The notes: generated by a model not told the origin, from the letters alone. 42,230 nt of DNA from Acaryochloridaceae cyanobacterium VAR_48_metabat_390 (GCA_031422435.1 JANPLU010000122.1:1-42230); one strand, 5' to 3'. Positions 10,421 to 19,648 are shown, counted from the stretch's first letter. Made by a program: numbers and translations.

Positions 10421-10907
10421 GCCTGCCAGGACGCGGGACAGAATGCCAAAGCCGATGGGCAATGTTTGCCAAAACAGAAGGTGGGGCAGAGGACACCACC
10501 ACCGAGGGAAACACGCCACAGCCCCAGATCGGATGCTCAACCAGACGGCATTCGCCACTGGGCACGAGCGGATAGCCTAAGACAGACTGCACTACAGCAA
10601 CATCATCCAGCGTGAGTACCCCTGAACGAGAGTAGTGGGGATGCCCTGTACGCGGGTCAAAACCATCCGCAGCGTAGCCTTCTTTTTTTAGTTCGGCAAT
10701 AAGCTTTTTAGCCCAGTATAAAAAGCGGCGGCGGAGCTGCTGTTTTTGCTGTTCTGTGACGGGCGTAATGTCGTTGAGCGCGACTGAACAAGGCTGCAAA
10801 ATCACCATGACGGACTGCACAGAAACGTCCCAGTCAGGCAAAAGATCGCCCCGATGGTGATTAATGAAAGAACTGGGTTGATGGATCGAATATTGCAGAT
10901 CTACCAT
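10365..10907 (-). CDS. MMADHC/CblD-like protein ('methylmalonic aciduria and homocystinuria type D' family)
   Basis: D.FDP.TG.P, LG........C....HP.WG..V.P....S.AP motifs recalled from the CblD/DUF2246 family. Confidence 0.75.
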   Translation of the reverse strand: MVDLQYSIHQPSSFINHHRGDLLPDWDVSVQSVMVILQPCSVALNDITPVTEQQKQQLRRRFLYWAKKLIAELKKEGYAADGFDPRTGHPHYSRSGVLTLDDVAVVQSVLGYPLVPSGECRLVEHPIWGCGVFPSVVVSSAPPSVLANIAHRLWHSVPRPGRLKPPVLAFADGRGSRIPH

Positions 10908-11090
10908 GCCAGAGACCCAATAGTAAGGCTATTTTGGGTGGATTAATTCTTAGCATACGCTGGATTTGCGCTACTGTTTAGGCATCTATTAGACAAATTT
11001 CAAGCGTTTTGATTTTTCAAAAAAATCCTGCTGATTGAATTTATAAGCGAATCATCGGCAGAATTTAAGAAATGGGAATTTTCTATTGCC

Positions 11091-12539
11091 TTATGATTCG
11101 GCTGCTTTCCAAGTTCCATGAAAGCTAAAGGCGACGGGCTGGGGCAAGGCAAGACGACAAATCGGGCCGTCACCTAAGGCATGGCTTTCAAAAATCCAGA
11201 CTTCGCTGGCGTGGCGATCGCCGTCATACACCACGGTCAAAATCCAGCCCTGCTCAGGATTTTCAGGCTTAGGAGCAAAAATCGGCTCACTGGCATAGCG
11301 ATGTTCTCCTAAGTCCGCAACGATCATTTCCCCGCGCTCGTGGTCAAAGGCGGCGATCGCATCAAATAAATCCGTCCCTTTGCCCCGCTCTGATCGCGTG
11401 TTGAGATAGGTATAGCGAGAGGGCTGACCCACCAGCGCAGGCGCAACCGTGGGGAACTCGCAGGTGCGATCGCTCAGGCATACTGCGCTTGAAACCTTGG
11501 CCGTTTTGGGGTTAATGTGCAGCCGCCAGAACTGGCTAGGCGCATTCGTCTCAGGCTGACCGGAAGGCACTTCCTTCAAAAACTGATTAGTCTGGAAATC
11601 CGCATAGCGCACCACATCAACCACAACCTGTCCGTCTCGGTCTACAAATCCATTGCCAAAATGCCACTGAAACCAAGGGTCAGCTTCGGATTGACTGACC
11701 AGTTCAAGGGTGTTCCGGTCAATGACCAAAATTTGAGTGCCAAGTTCTGGCTTCCAGCGCATTGCTTCGCTATAGGATTTCCAGTGCAGAAGCAGCGGCA
11801 GCGGGTTTAGCGACAAGGGCGAAACGCAAAAAATCAGATAAGGCCCCGCCAACACAAAGTCATGAATCATCGGAATGCTTTTGAGCGGGATTTTACTGCG
11901 GCGCAGCATCTTGCCTTTGCGATCGCACTGGTAAAGATGCAGATACGTCTGTCGCCCAAACGTAACGCCAAAGTTATAAATTTCTCCCGTTTGCGGATCG
12001 ACCTTGGGATGAGCAGAAAACGTGTCTCCTGCTGCGAGGCTGCCTAGGTCATCCAAACCAATCGTTTCTAGGGTCTGCAAATCTAGCGCGTGGGGATGAC
12101 CGCCCTCCCACAGCGCCAGCAGCCGATTTTCGAGCGCCAGCACTGAGGTATTGGCAGCATTTTTAGGTTCATTCGATCCTGATTTCCAAAAGGGTCCCGA
12201 CGCACGACGACCGTACCCAGACTGCTGAAACTCACCCGCCTCTGCTTCCGCTAAAAAGCCTGCGGTCTGTACTGTGCGATAAACACCCGTCGCTGCACCG
12301 TCGCCAAAATGAATACCCAATACGGCACCATCTCCATCAAACCAGTGGGCAATCCGCTCTGCGCCACGCTCAAACAGCGCAGGGCCGTTTCGGTAGAGGC
12401 TCCCTCGCAGCACTGGGGGTACCTGTCCCTCGATAGGTTTGAGAGACGTTAGAGGGAAATCTTGTAGGGGTTGAGTAAACGCTTTCCCCCAAGAACTGGG
12501 TTCCGCTAGGGAGCGTGGTTGTGGAATGCTGAGTGTCAT
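11091..12539 (-). CDS. Carotenoid oxygenase (RPE65/NCED family)
   Basis: G.LYRNGP, HWFDGDG, SAHPK.DP, MIHDF, WHF.N, EFP, SEP.F, FHG.W (four iron-ligand His). Confidence 0.93.
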   Translation of the reverse strand: MTLSIPQPRSLAEPSSWGKAFTQPLQDFPLTSLKPIEGQVPPVLRGSLYRNGPALFERGAERIAHWFDGDGAVLGIHFGDGAATGVYRTVQTAGFLAEAEAGEFQQSGYGRRASGPFWKSGSNEPKNAANTSVLALENRLLALWEGGHPHALDLQTLETIGLDDLGSLAAGDTFSAHPKVDPQTGEIYNFGVTFGRQTYLHLYQCDRKGKMLRRSKIPLKSIPMIHDFVLAGPYLIFCVSPLSLNPLPLLLHWKSYSEAMRWKPELGTQILVIDRNTLELVSQSEADPWFQWHFGNGFVDRDGQVVVDVVRYADFQTNQFLKEVPSGQPETNAPSQFWRLHINPKTAKVSSAVCLSDRTCEFPTVAPALVGQPSRYTYLNTRSERGKGTDLFDAIAAFDHERGEMIVADLGEHRYASEPIFAPKPENPEQGWILTVVYDGDRHASEVWIFESHALGDGPICRLALPQPVAFSFHGTWKAAES

Positions 12540-12609
12540 AAAAAATCCTCTGTGTTGGGGCAGCAGTCGGATTGAATGAAGCAGTTAAAATACTTCACTA
12601 GAGGAGCGG

Positions 12610-13512
12610 TTAGCTGCTTTTTTCAGCAATCAAATCATCTACCAACTGCTCTAATTCTATGCGCGGAATTTGGTAGACCTCATTGCAAAATTCACAGGTC
12701 ACTTCTGCGCCATTGTCTTTTTCAATCATGTCTTGCAGCTCATCAGTGCCCAAAATTTTGAGCGCGCCAATCACGCGATCGCCAGAGCAGTGGCAGCTAA
12801 ACTGAACCATCTGATTTTGGGGCAAAATATTAAGCCCCAAATCGCCGAGTAAATCCTCAAAAATTTCTGGCAAGGTTTTACCCGCTCTCACCAATGGCGT
12901 AAACCCTTCTAGACCCGCCAATCGAGACTCTAGTAGCGAAATCAGTTCTTCGTCACGGGCGGCTTTGGGCAAAACCTGAATTAGTAGCCCACCCGCTGCG
13001 TTCACACCTTGGCTATCGACAAATACGCCCACCGAGAGTGCTGAGGGTGTCTGCTCAGAGACGGCAAGATAGTGGGTAACGTCATCCCCAATTTCGCCTG
13101 AAATCAGCTCAACCGTACTGGAGTATGGGTATCCATAACCCACATCTCGCACCACATACAAAAAGCCGTCACTGCCCACAGCAGCACCTACATCCAGCTT
13201 GCCCTGATCATTCGGCGGTAGCTCAATGCTAGGGTTCGTTACATATCCCCGCACCGTGCCGTCCAGGCCAGCGTCAACGAGTACCCCTTTGAGCGGTCCA
13301 TTTCCCTTAAAGCGCAGATTAACCCTTGATGGCGTTTGCTTCATCCCCGACGCGAGCAGCAGACCTGCTGCCATCGCTCGCCCCAATGCCGCTGTGGCAA
13401 CATAGGAGAGTCCATGCCGCTGACGGGCTTCTTCTGTGAGGCGTGTGGTAATGACCCCTACCGCTCGAATGCCGTCGTCGGCTGCGGTTGCGCGAATGAG
13501 CTGATCTGGCAT
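12610..13512 (-). CDS. hslO: Hsp33 redox-regulated chaperone (start at MPDQLIRATA)
   Basis: ATAALGR, SEQTPS, AGG.LIQ.LP, and C-terminal CHC...CEFC zinc motif. Confidence 0.95.
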   Translation of the reverse strand: MPDQLIRATAADDGIRAVGVITTRLTEEARQRHGLSYVATAALGRAMAAGLLLASGMKQTPSRVNLRFKGNGPLKGVLVDAGLDGTVRGYVTNPSIELPPNDQGKLDVGAAVGSDGFLYVVRDVGYGYPYSSTVELISGEIGDDVTHYLAVSEQTPSALSVGVFVDSQGVNAAGGLLIQVLPKAARDEELISLLESRLAGLEGFTPLVRAGKTLPEIFEDLLGDLGLNILPQNQMVQFSCHCSGDRVIGALKILGTDELQDMIEKDNGAEVTCEFCNEVYQIPRIELEQLVDDLIAEKSS

Positions 13513-13728
13513 GAAACTTAAATAATGATGGAGTCTACAGTTTTTTGACAAACATACTTTGTTATTCTACTCATGCTATGCCTTGCACTGGCTTGGCTGT
13601 AGATGGCATTTTGAGAAACACCACGCCATTCTCACCAGAAAATCTTAAAATTGAGCATCTAAACATTTGGATTTGGTCAAGCTTTCTAGCCTCAGCACTC
13701 GCAATACTTACTGGCAATCTCTATTCTT

Positions 13729-15504
13729 ATGTCTGAGGTGAGTAACCTAGAACCCATTGCAGAACCGACCCCATCCTTGGCACAACGGCTGAGTTTAGGG
13801 GTGCTTCGACGGTGGTGGGTGACGGCGATCGCCCTCTCAGGCTGTGCCCTTGGCGCAGGCACGTTGGGTTTGTATATGCTGCTTTCGCAACCGCCCAAAG
13901 CCAACTGCGAAAGCGTCTTTTGGCCGTTTGCTTCGGCCTCCGTTCGCATTTCTTGCGCCCAAGAATTTGCCCAAAAGCATACGTTAGAAGACTTATTTGA
14001 GGCCATTTCTCTTGTCGATAGCCTGCCCAAAGGCCACCCGCTGCGCCCCTTAATTAATCGGTGGGTAGAAATTTGGGCAAAAGAAGCCCTCGACCTTGCT
14101 GAAGCAGAATTTCATAATGGCAACTTAGAACGCGCCATTGAATTTGCGAAGAAGATTCCGGCTCAGACCACCGCCCACACTCAGGTTGAAAGCCGCATCC
14201 AGCGCTGGAAAACCGTTTGGGCAAAGGGAGAAAAAGTCTTTAACAAAGCCGAAACTGCCCTCAAAGACGAAGATTGGCGAGGGGCGTTTAGCATCATGAT
14301 TGGGCTACTTTCAATTGACAACCGCTACTGGTCACAAACGCAGTACGAGTTTCTAAATCAAAAAATTATTGCCGCTCAAAAAGATGAAACCCAGCTGGTA
14401 AAGGCAAAGCGGCTACTAGAGGCTGGCGGCATTGATAACTTAACCAAGGCGCTAGAGCTAGTGCAGACCCTTTCAGAGGGCACCATTTTTCAGAAATCTG
14501 TCAAAGAAACGGTCGTTAAAATCTCTAAAGCCTTAGTGAGCATTGCCGAAGTGGCTTTAGGGCGCGAAGATCTCACAACGGCGCTAAATGCCCTAGAGCA
14601 AATCCCCCGCAGCGTCAGCTTTTGGCCTGAAGTCCAGGACTGGACAGATATTGCCAATGCGATGTCCGATAGCTGGTCCGGCAATGTCGAGGGCTACGAA
14701 CGGGCGATCGCAAACCTCAGAAAAATGAGTCCTCAGCGTCCGCTCTATCTTAAAGCCCAAGAATACATCCAGAAATGGAGCGCGGATATTGCTTACGTGC
14801 GCTTACTCGAAGAAGCCAGGGCTAAAGTCGCAGGGGGTTCAACCCAGGAGTTAGGACTAGCGCTCGACTTAGCCCGTCAGATTCCCTCCGATAGTTCTCA
14901 GTGGAAGTCTGCCCAGCAAGATATTAAAGAATGGGCGGCAGATCTAAGCAATCAGCAAGATCAGCCCATTCTAGACCGTGCGGATGAGCTTTCCTTTAAG
15001 GGCGACCCTACTTCGTTACGCGCCGCCATTCGGACGGCGCAGCAGATTGGCTCAGGCACACCGCTCTATACCCAAGCGCAAAGTCGCATTAAGGGCTGGC
15101 AAGACCAGCTCAACCCAGACGCTTTTGGAGCCGCTGCCATACCTGAAGCGACCGTGACGGCTGGCTCCGCCGATCAGGAAACCAAAACCCTGTTTCAAGA
15201 AGCCCAACGCATGGCGCAAAAAAGCACCCCTGCTGCCCTAGCCTCTGCCATTGAGACTGCCAGCCAAGTTTCACCCCAGGCTGCGCTCTATGCCGAAGCG
15301 CAGCAGTCTATTGCAGCTTGGGGAGATCAAATGCTGGAGCTTGCTAACAGCAGAGCCAATTATGATTTGAACAGCGCCATTGCGATCGCCCAGCAAATTC
15401 CTGCCGCCGCCCCTGCATACAGCACCGCCCAGCAGCAACTCCAGACCTGGGAGGCGGCTTCTGCCTCTGCGCCAGTCCCTCCAGTTCAACCATCAGAGCC
15501 TTAG
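13729..15504 (+). CDS. Cyanobacterial membrane-anchored helical-repeat protein (family often auto-labelled 'chromosome segregation ATPase')
   Basis: N-terminal TM helix, P..NC..VFWP.ASAS.R..CAQ, repeated AI..A.QIP....Y..AQ..I..W units; no Walker A. Confidence 0.75.
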   Translation: MSEVSNLEPIAEPTPSLAQRLSLGVLRRWWVTAIALSGCALGAGTLGLYMLLSQPPKANCESVFWPFASASVRISCAQEFAQKHTLEDLFEAISLVDSLPKGHPLRPLINRWVEIWAKEALDLAEAEFHNGNLERAIEFAKKIPAQTTAHTQVESRIQRWKTVWAKGEKVFNKAETALKDEDWRGAFSIMIGLLSIDNRYWSQTQYEFLNQKIIAAQKDETQLVKAKRLLEAGGIDNLTKALELVQTLSEGTIFQKSVKETVVKISKALVSIAEVALGREDLTTALNALEQIPRSVSFWPEVQDWTDIANAMSDSWSGNVEGYERAIANLRKMSPQRPLYLKAQEYIQKWSADIAYVRLLEEARAKVAGGSTQELGLALDLARQIPSDSSQWKSAQQDIKEWAADLSNQQDQPILDRADELSFKGDPTSLRAAIRTAQQIGSGTPLYTQAQSRIKGWQDQLNPDAFGAAAIPEATVTAGSADQETKTLFQEAQRMAQKSTPAALASAIETASQVSPQAALYAEAQQSIAAWGDQMLELANSRANYDLNSAIAIAQQIPAAAPAYSTAQQQLQTWEAASASAPVPPVQPSEP

Positions 15505-15655
15505 CTCGGTCTTTCATCAAGCCAGCAAATTCACAAATCTTGGACTTGCCCAAGCGTCACATTCTCCTTAACTACATCAGGGAAACCACCCAAGCGGCAG
15601 TCAATAGCCTTGTGTTAGAGTGAGCGTACCTCACGAAAAATGGGTGCAATAGCCA

Positions 15656-16966
15656 ATGGTTTTATCAAAGCGCAGCCTTGTAGTGGGCGTAGCAGCCTTA
15701 ATCGGCGCAGGAGTTTTGACCACGGGTGCAGGGCTTCATCTTTCTAAAAGCTGGGCGCTCTTCAAACCAAGCCCTAAAGAAACGGTTGATGAAGTCTGGC
15801 AGATTATTGACCACGAATATGTAGACGGCACTTTTAACGGCACCGACTGGCGTACCATTCGCAGTCAGTTCTTAAACAAGAACTATGCGACTACAAAAGA
15901 AGCCTATACCGCCATCCGAACCATGCTTGAAAAGCTTGGAGATCCCTATACTCGCTTCATGGATCCCGAGCAGTTTAAGAGTATGCAGATTGATACGTCA
16001 GGCGAACTGACGGGCGTGGGCATTCAAATTGCCCAAGATGAGAAGACCAAAGATATTAAGGTTATTTCGCCCATTGAGGGTAGCCCTGCGGCGAAAGCAG
16101 GCATTTTGGCTCAGGATATTGTACTAAAGGTTGGGGCAAAAGCAACCAAGGGCATGGATATCAACCAAGTTGTAAGCCTCATTCGTGGCCCTGTGAATAC
16201 AGGTGTGGTGCTTACCATTGGTCGAGGTAAACAAACCCTCACCTTTAACGTCAAGCGTGAGCGCATTGAGCTGCACTCTGTGCGCCACAGCTATCAGCAG
16301 ACATCAACGGGTGGGGTGGGCTATATTCGGCTGTCGCAATTTAGCAGTAATGCACCCCAAGAAATGAAGGCCGCGATTCGGGATCTCACGAAAAAGAACG
16401 TGGCGGGTTTCATCTTAGATCTGCGAATGGATCCAGGTGGGCTTCTGTACTCAGGTGCAGAGGTGGCGCGGATGTGGATGAATGATGTGACCATTGTTTC
16501 GACGGTCGATCGCCGTGGCGAAACGGAGCGACTTACCGCAGGGCGAGGCCGATTGAGCGATAAGCCGCTGGTTGTACTGGTGGATGGTGGCTCTGCTAGC
16601 GCCAGCGAAATTTTGGCAGGTGCCCTCCAAGATAACAAACGCGCTGTTTTGGTTGGAGAAAAAACGTTTGGGAAGGGGTTAGTGCAGTCTGTCCATCCCC
16701 TCGGCGATGGGTCGGGGATGGCGGTGACTATTGCCAAATACTACACTCCCAATGGTCGAGATATTAATAAGAAAGGCATTGAACCGGACTATCCGGTCAA
16801 GCTAACAGAAGCGCAAAAGAAAGCGATGACCCGTGAAGCCATTGGTACGCCGAAGGATGCGCAGTATGCGAAAGCGCTGGAAATTCTAAATCAGAAAATT
16901 TTGGCGAGTCAGAAGGGGAATTTACAGACTGCTCAGCCTGTTGCCAAACCTGTCGCACCCAATTAG
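15656..16966 (+). CDS. ctpC: Carboxyl-terminal processing protease (S41, PDZ domain), CtpC-type
   Basis: DPYTRF, GVGI, GYIRL.QF, LDLR.DPGG, SASASEI, KTFGKG; N-terminal SPKE.VDEVWQI resembles CtpC/CtpB more than D1-processing CtpA. Confidence 0.85.
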   Translation: MVLSKRSLVVGVAALIGAGVLTTGAGLHLSKSWALFKPSPKETVDEVWQIIDHEYVDGTFNGTDWRTIRSQFLNKNYATTKEAYTAIRTMLEKLGDPYTRFMDPEQFKSMQIDTSGELTGVGIQIAQDEKTKDIKVISPIEGSPAAKAGILAQDIVLKVGAKATKGMDINQVVSLIRGPVNTGVVLTIGRGKQTLTFNVKRERIELHSVRHSYQQTSTGGVGYIRLSQFSSNAPQEMKAAIRDLTKKNVAGFILDLRMDPGGLLYSGAEVARMWMNDVTIVSTVDRRGETERLTAGRGRLSDKPLVVLVDGGSASASEILAGALQDNKRAVLVGEKTFGKGLVQSVHPLGDGSGMAVTIAKYYTPNGRDINKKGIEPDYPVKLTEAQKKAMTREAIGTPKDAQYAKALEILNQKILASQKGNLQTAQPVAKPVAPN

Positions 16967-16987
16967 TTAGCGTTCTAACGCTCTCGA

Positions 16988-17260
16988 TCATACGGCTCTC
17001 TATGTGCGTCCACCAAATCGACGCACATGGCGGGAACCAATACGAACAATCCAGATTTGAGCCTCTGGGTAACGGGCTTCAAGATGATCGCAGGCAGAAA
17101 TTTCACTGGCATCGACTTCAAAAGCTCCCGTCTTGAGGTCAATTGCCACAATTTTGCCATGATTACCCTCTTCAACTTGCGATCGGATCTAAGATTCATA
17201 GATCGCATCGCCCCGCTGGGCAAACTCTTCCTTGCTGTATAGGGGTTGTCGAACTGTCAT
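16988..17260 (-). pseudogene. Inactivated paralogue of the 91-aa protein at 17703-17978
   Basis: Manual translation MTVRQPLYSKEEFAQRGDAIYES*IRSQVEEGNHGKIVAIDLKTGAFEVDASEISACDHLEARYPEAQIWIVRIGSRHVRRFGGRT*RAV*; in-frame TAG at 17189-17191 and 17000-17002. Confidence 0.9.
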
Positions 17261-17328
17261 TAATTTCAACTCACTGCGACTCGATCTTTGCAAGCCCAGG
17301 CTAAATATGCCTCAGCGATAACTTAAGG

Positions 17329-17706
17329 CTAGGATTTTAGGGCTTCGATTTTGACGGTGCCACCCTCAATCGTATCAACTTGTAATCTATAACCGTAGAG
17401 TAGCGCCATCCCAAGCAGAGGTTCCGTTTCTGACTCTGCAATGTAAATTTCGCGGTACTGCCCATCCCAAATTACGGTCGCAGTATATAAATCGAACAGG
17501 GTTTCACTGCCATCGCCTAAGGTGACAATATCAGATGCACTCCAAGGTAAATCGAGAGTGGTAATGATTGCAGAAGGCAACGATAGAAATCCACTGAACC
17601 CTGTATCTATCACCGTATCTATCACTTGCCGTTGTCCATTCGAGTTGCCGACGACGACAAGGGGGAGCGTTGCTTCACGATGTAAATTTACGACTCCGTA
17701 AATCAT
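17329..17706 (-). CDS. Clan AA (retropepsin-like) aspartic protease, AF_0612-like; start at MIYGVVN
   Basis: VIDTGFSG catalytic D-T-G motif, LGDGS, and EPLLGM (hydrophobic-hydrophobic-G) motif; start overlaps the upstream stop. Confidence 0.9.
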   Translation of the reverse strand: MIYGVVNLHREATLPLVVVGNSNGQRQVIDTVIDTGFSGFLSLPSAIITTLDLPWSASDIVTLGDGSETLFDLYTATVIWDGQYREIYIAESETEPLLGMALLYGYRLQVDTIEGGTVKIEALKS

Positions 17707-17978
17707 AAATTTTTCTTGAGACTTCGTGCCCCAAAATGATCGACGGCGCGATGTCCGACCCGAATCACCCAAGGCTGAGCGTCGGGGTACTGCTCAAAAA
17801 GTCGATTGGTTGCGGGTACGACATTTTCATCTACCTCAAAGGCTCCAGTTTCAACGTCAATCGCCACAATTTTGCCTTCGTTTCCCGCTTCGATTTGCTT
17901 ACGAATGCCAGACTCATAGAGCGCTTGCCCACGTTGAGCCATTTCTTCTTTGCTATAACGGCGTTGGCGAACTGTCAT
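17703..17978 (-). CDS. Small hypothetical protein (91 aa) translationally coupled to the aspartic protease
   Basis: YSKEE.AQRG..LYE..IR, GKIVAIDVETG.FEV, RVG; 4-bp overlap with the protease; paralogue at 16988-17260. Confidence 0.85.
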   Translation of the reverse strand: MTVRQRRYSKEEMAQRGQALYESGIRKQIEAGNEGKIVAIDVETGAFEVDENVVPATNRLFEQYPDAQPWVIRVGHRAVDHFGARSLKKNL

Positions 17979-18066
17979 GAATTCAACCTCACTTCGACTC
18001 GATCCCTTCCATTTTAGATTGGGGCATTGTCTTAAGGAGCAGCTTATTGAGCTTTTTTTATAGACG

Positions 18067-18150
18067 GTCTAACGGCTAGCGCTTCACTGGACGGCAATGG
18101 GGCTTGCCACACAACCAACTAATGGCATATAACGCCGTTCATTGTTAGGT
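18067..18150 (-). mobile_element. Degenerate integron attC-like site (84 bp)
   Basis: Minus strand R'' ACCTAAC contains the EcsC stop codon; R' GTTAGAC; internal arms GAACGGC/GCCGTCC and TGCCA/TGGCA; the left L-box arm appears deleted. Confidence 0.6.
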
Positions 18151-18792
18151 GTCTGATGGTGCTGGAAATATTGCTTTTGAAGCCTGTCCACATCTATCAA
18201 CGAAAAAACCATCAAATGTAGCTCCGACGACCCCACCAACCAGCAGCACCAGCTTCATGAGATTAATCACGCCTTTCTCCCCAGCTTTTGTTATGAGTCG
18301 AAAACCAATTTTTTTGTTTATTTCAATCAGAACTTTTCCAGGTATTTGCTTTATTAGATTCTGACACACCTTATTGCCAATGGCGATACCTGCATTTTTA
18401 AGAATTTCCTCACCAGCTTCACCAAGCAAACATAGTAAAATTGTCGTTCTTACTTGCTCAGAGTGAATATCATATCCTCTAAGGTAGGCAACTGTTGCAG
18501 CCGTATTTGCTCCAAGTGCATAAGATGCAGCTAGACCTGCTGGGATGGTTAGAGGCATTGCCATCACACCTCCTAACCCAGAAATAAATCCAGTTCCAGC
18601 AGCATAGGTAGTTCTCCAGGCAATTACAGAATTAATTGCATCCTCAACGCTAGCTGCCTTACTTAAATGATCGGCAGCTACTTGTTCAGCAGAGGGAAGA
18701 ACTCCTAACCCATTAATACCAGCATCAGCGATCCACTGAAGAGTAGTTTGTACTAGATTGCTAGTGTGGTCTTTTCCTGTAGTAGAAACCAT
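18145..18792 (-). CDS. EcsC family protein
   Basis: GF.SGLGG....P..IPA.L, A.LRGYD, IN..IGFRLITK.GEKG.INL.K...LVGG..G...D. Confidence 0.8.
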   Translation of the reverse strand: MVSTTGKDHTSNLVQTTLQWIADAGINGLGVLPSAEQVAADHLSKAASVEDAINSVIAWRTTYAAGTGFISGLGGVMAMPLTIPAGLAASYALGANTAATVAYLRGYDIHSEQVRTTILLCLLGEAGEEILKNAGIAIGNKVCQNLIKQIPGKVLIEINKKIGFRLITKAGEKGVINLMKLVLLVGGVVGATFDGFFVDRCGQASKAIFPAPSDT

Positions 18793-18932
18793 AAAGCTCT
18801 CATTATAAAAATCACTCTACTTAATTTATTACACTTTTATAGAAGTGAACTACCGTAATTTTACTGAAATTTTACTGCGAGACGACTTTATCTCACTGGA
18901 TTCTAAATCAGAAAGATTATTCTAGTTAAGCT

Positions 18933-19559
18933 TTATTGCTTACTCGAAAAAGAAATATTGAAAATCTGGAGTAAACCTTGAAGATTGAGGTCACTCCAAT
19001 TAATTGCAATCGCACTTTCAATCCTCAACTCTCCCTGCTTCAAGCTTAGATTTAAAGCTGAATCATCTTCAAGTTTTTGGAACAGTACATTCATAAGCCG
19101 TAGTTGAGCTTTAGGAAGCTTATAATAAACTTTATCACCATCGACCCTCACCCCTTCTGGCAAGACCTGATTAGGAATATACCCTCCCAGAAAAGTATTC
19201 CAACCTGAAATTAGTACGCGGTAAATCAAAGAATTTGTCTCAAACTTAGGCTTATTCAATAAACGCAATTGTCCCTCAATAAAATCGCCATTGAACAATA
19301 TCTTTTCAGGTGTAAAGTGAACCTTAACTTTAATTTGCTGATGTTCGATTATAGCAACTAAACCTTCATTGGTATCTGGCTCTAAACCTGTCAATTGATC
19401 CACCCTAGCAGTTGCCTGTTGGCAAAGTAGCAAAACAGCTTTAGGCTTCAGTATCAATTCTTTCGATTGCGGGATAACATCAATGTAGTCTTTCACATAC
19501 TGTTGTAATAACTTGCTAGAGCTTTGAAAAGCTTTTCCCAGTTGATTCAGAATTTCCAT
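18933..19559 (-). CDS. Hypothetical protein (208 aa, AT-rich)
   Basis: Long ORF in AT-rich DNA, co-oriented with ecsC; no recognisable motif. Confidence 0.75.
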   Translation of the reverse strand: MEILNQLGKAFQSSSKLLQQYVKDYIDVIPQSKELILKPKAVLLLCQQATARVDQLTGLEPDTNEGLVAIIEHQQIKVKVHFTPEKILFNGDFIEGQLRLLNKPKFETNSLIYRVLISGWNTFLGGYIPNQVLPEGVRVDGDKVYYKLPKAQLRLMNVLFQKLEDDSALNLSLKQGELRIESAIAINWSDLNLQGLLQIFNISFSSKQ

Positions 19560-19648
19560 TGGGTTTCAAAATTTATGATTGTACGGCTAGTAACGGAAGA
19601 TGATTACGCCCAAACTATCACAGACTGAGAAATTCTACCTAACAGATT

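Noticed and set aside
10908..11090. Cobalamin riboswitch upstream of the CblD-like gene
   Set aside because: No B12-box or other conserved riboswitch elements visible; only generic hairpins.
13729..15504. SMC or 'chromosome segregation ATPase' function
   Set aside because: No Walker A/B motifs; the protein has a TM anchor and helical repeats.
17000..17191. Two in-frame TAG codons as possible amber recoding
   Set aside because: TAG is an ordinary stop in neighbouring genes, no pyl machinery is present in the window, and the partner gene is deleted, so decay is the simpler explanation.
16975..17223. 82-aa minus-strand ORF and 71-aa plus-strand ORF in the ORF track
   Set aside because: Alternative frames of the pseudogene at 16988-17260; the homologous frame is the one interrupted by TAG.
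18793..18932. GCTTAAC after the 208-aa ORF stop as a second attC R'' site
   Set aside because: No GTTRRRY partner or palindromic arms before the ecsC start.
19580..19612. GCGTAATC-ATCTTCC-GTTAC (minus strand) as a Xer/dif-like site
   Set aside because: Arms and spacer do not match the dif consensus and I found no second copy in the window.
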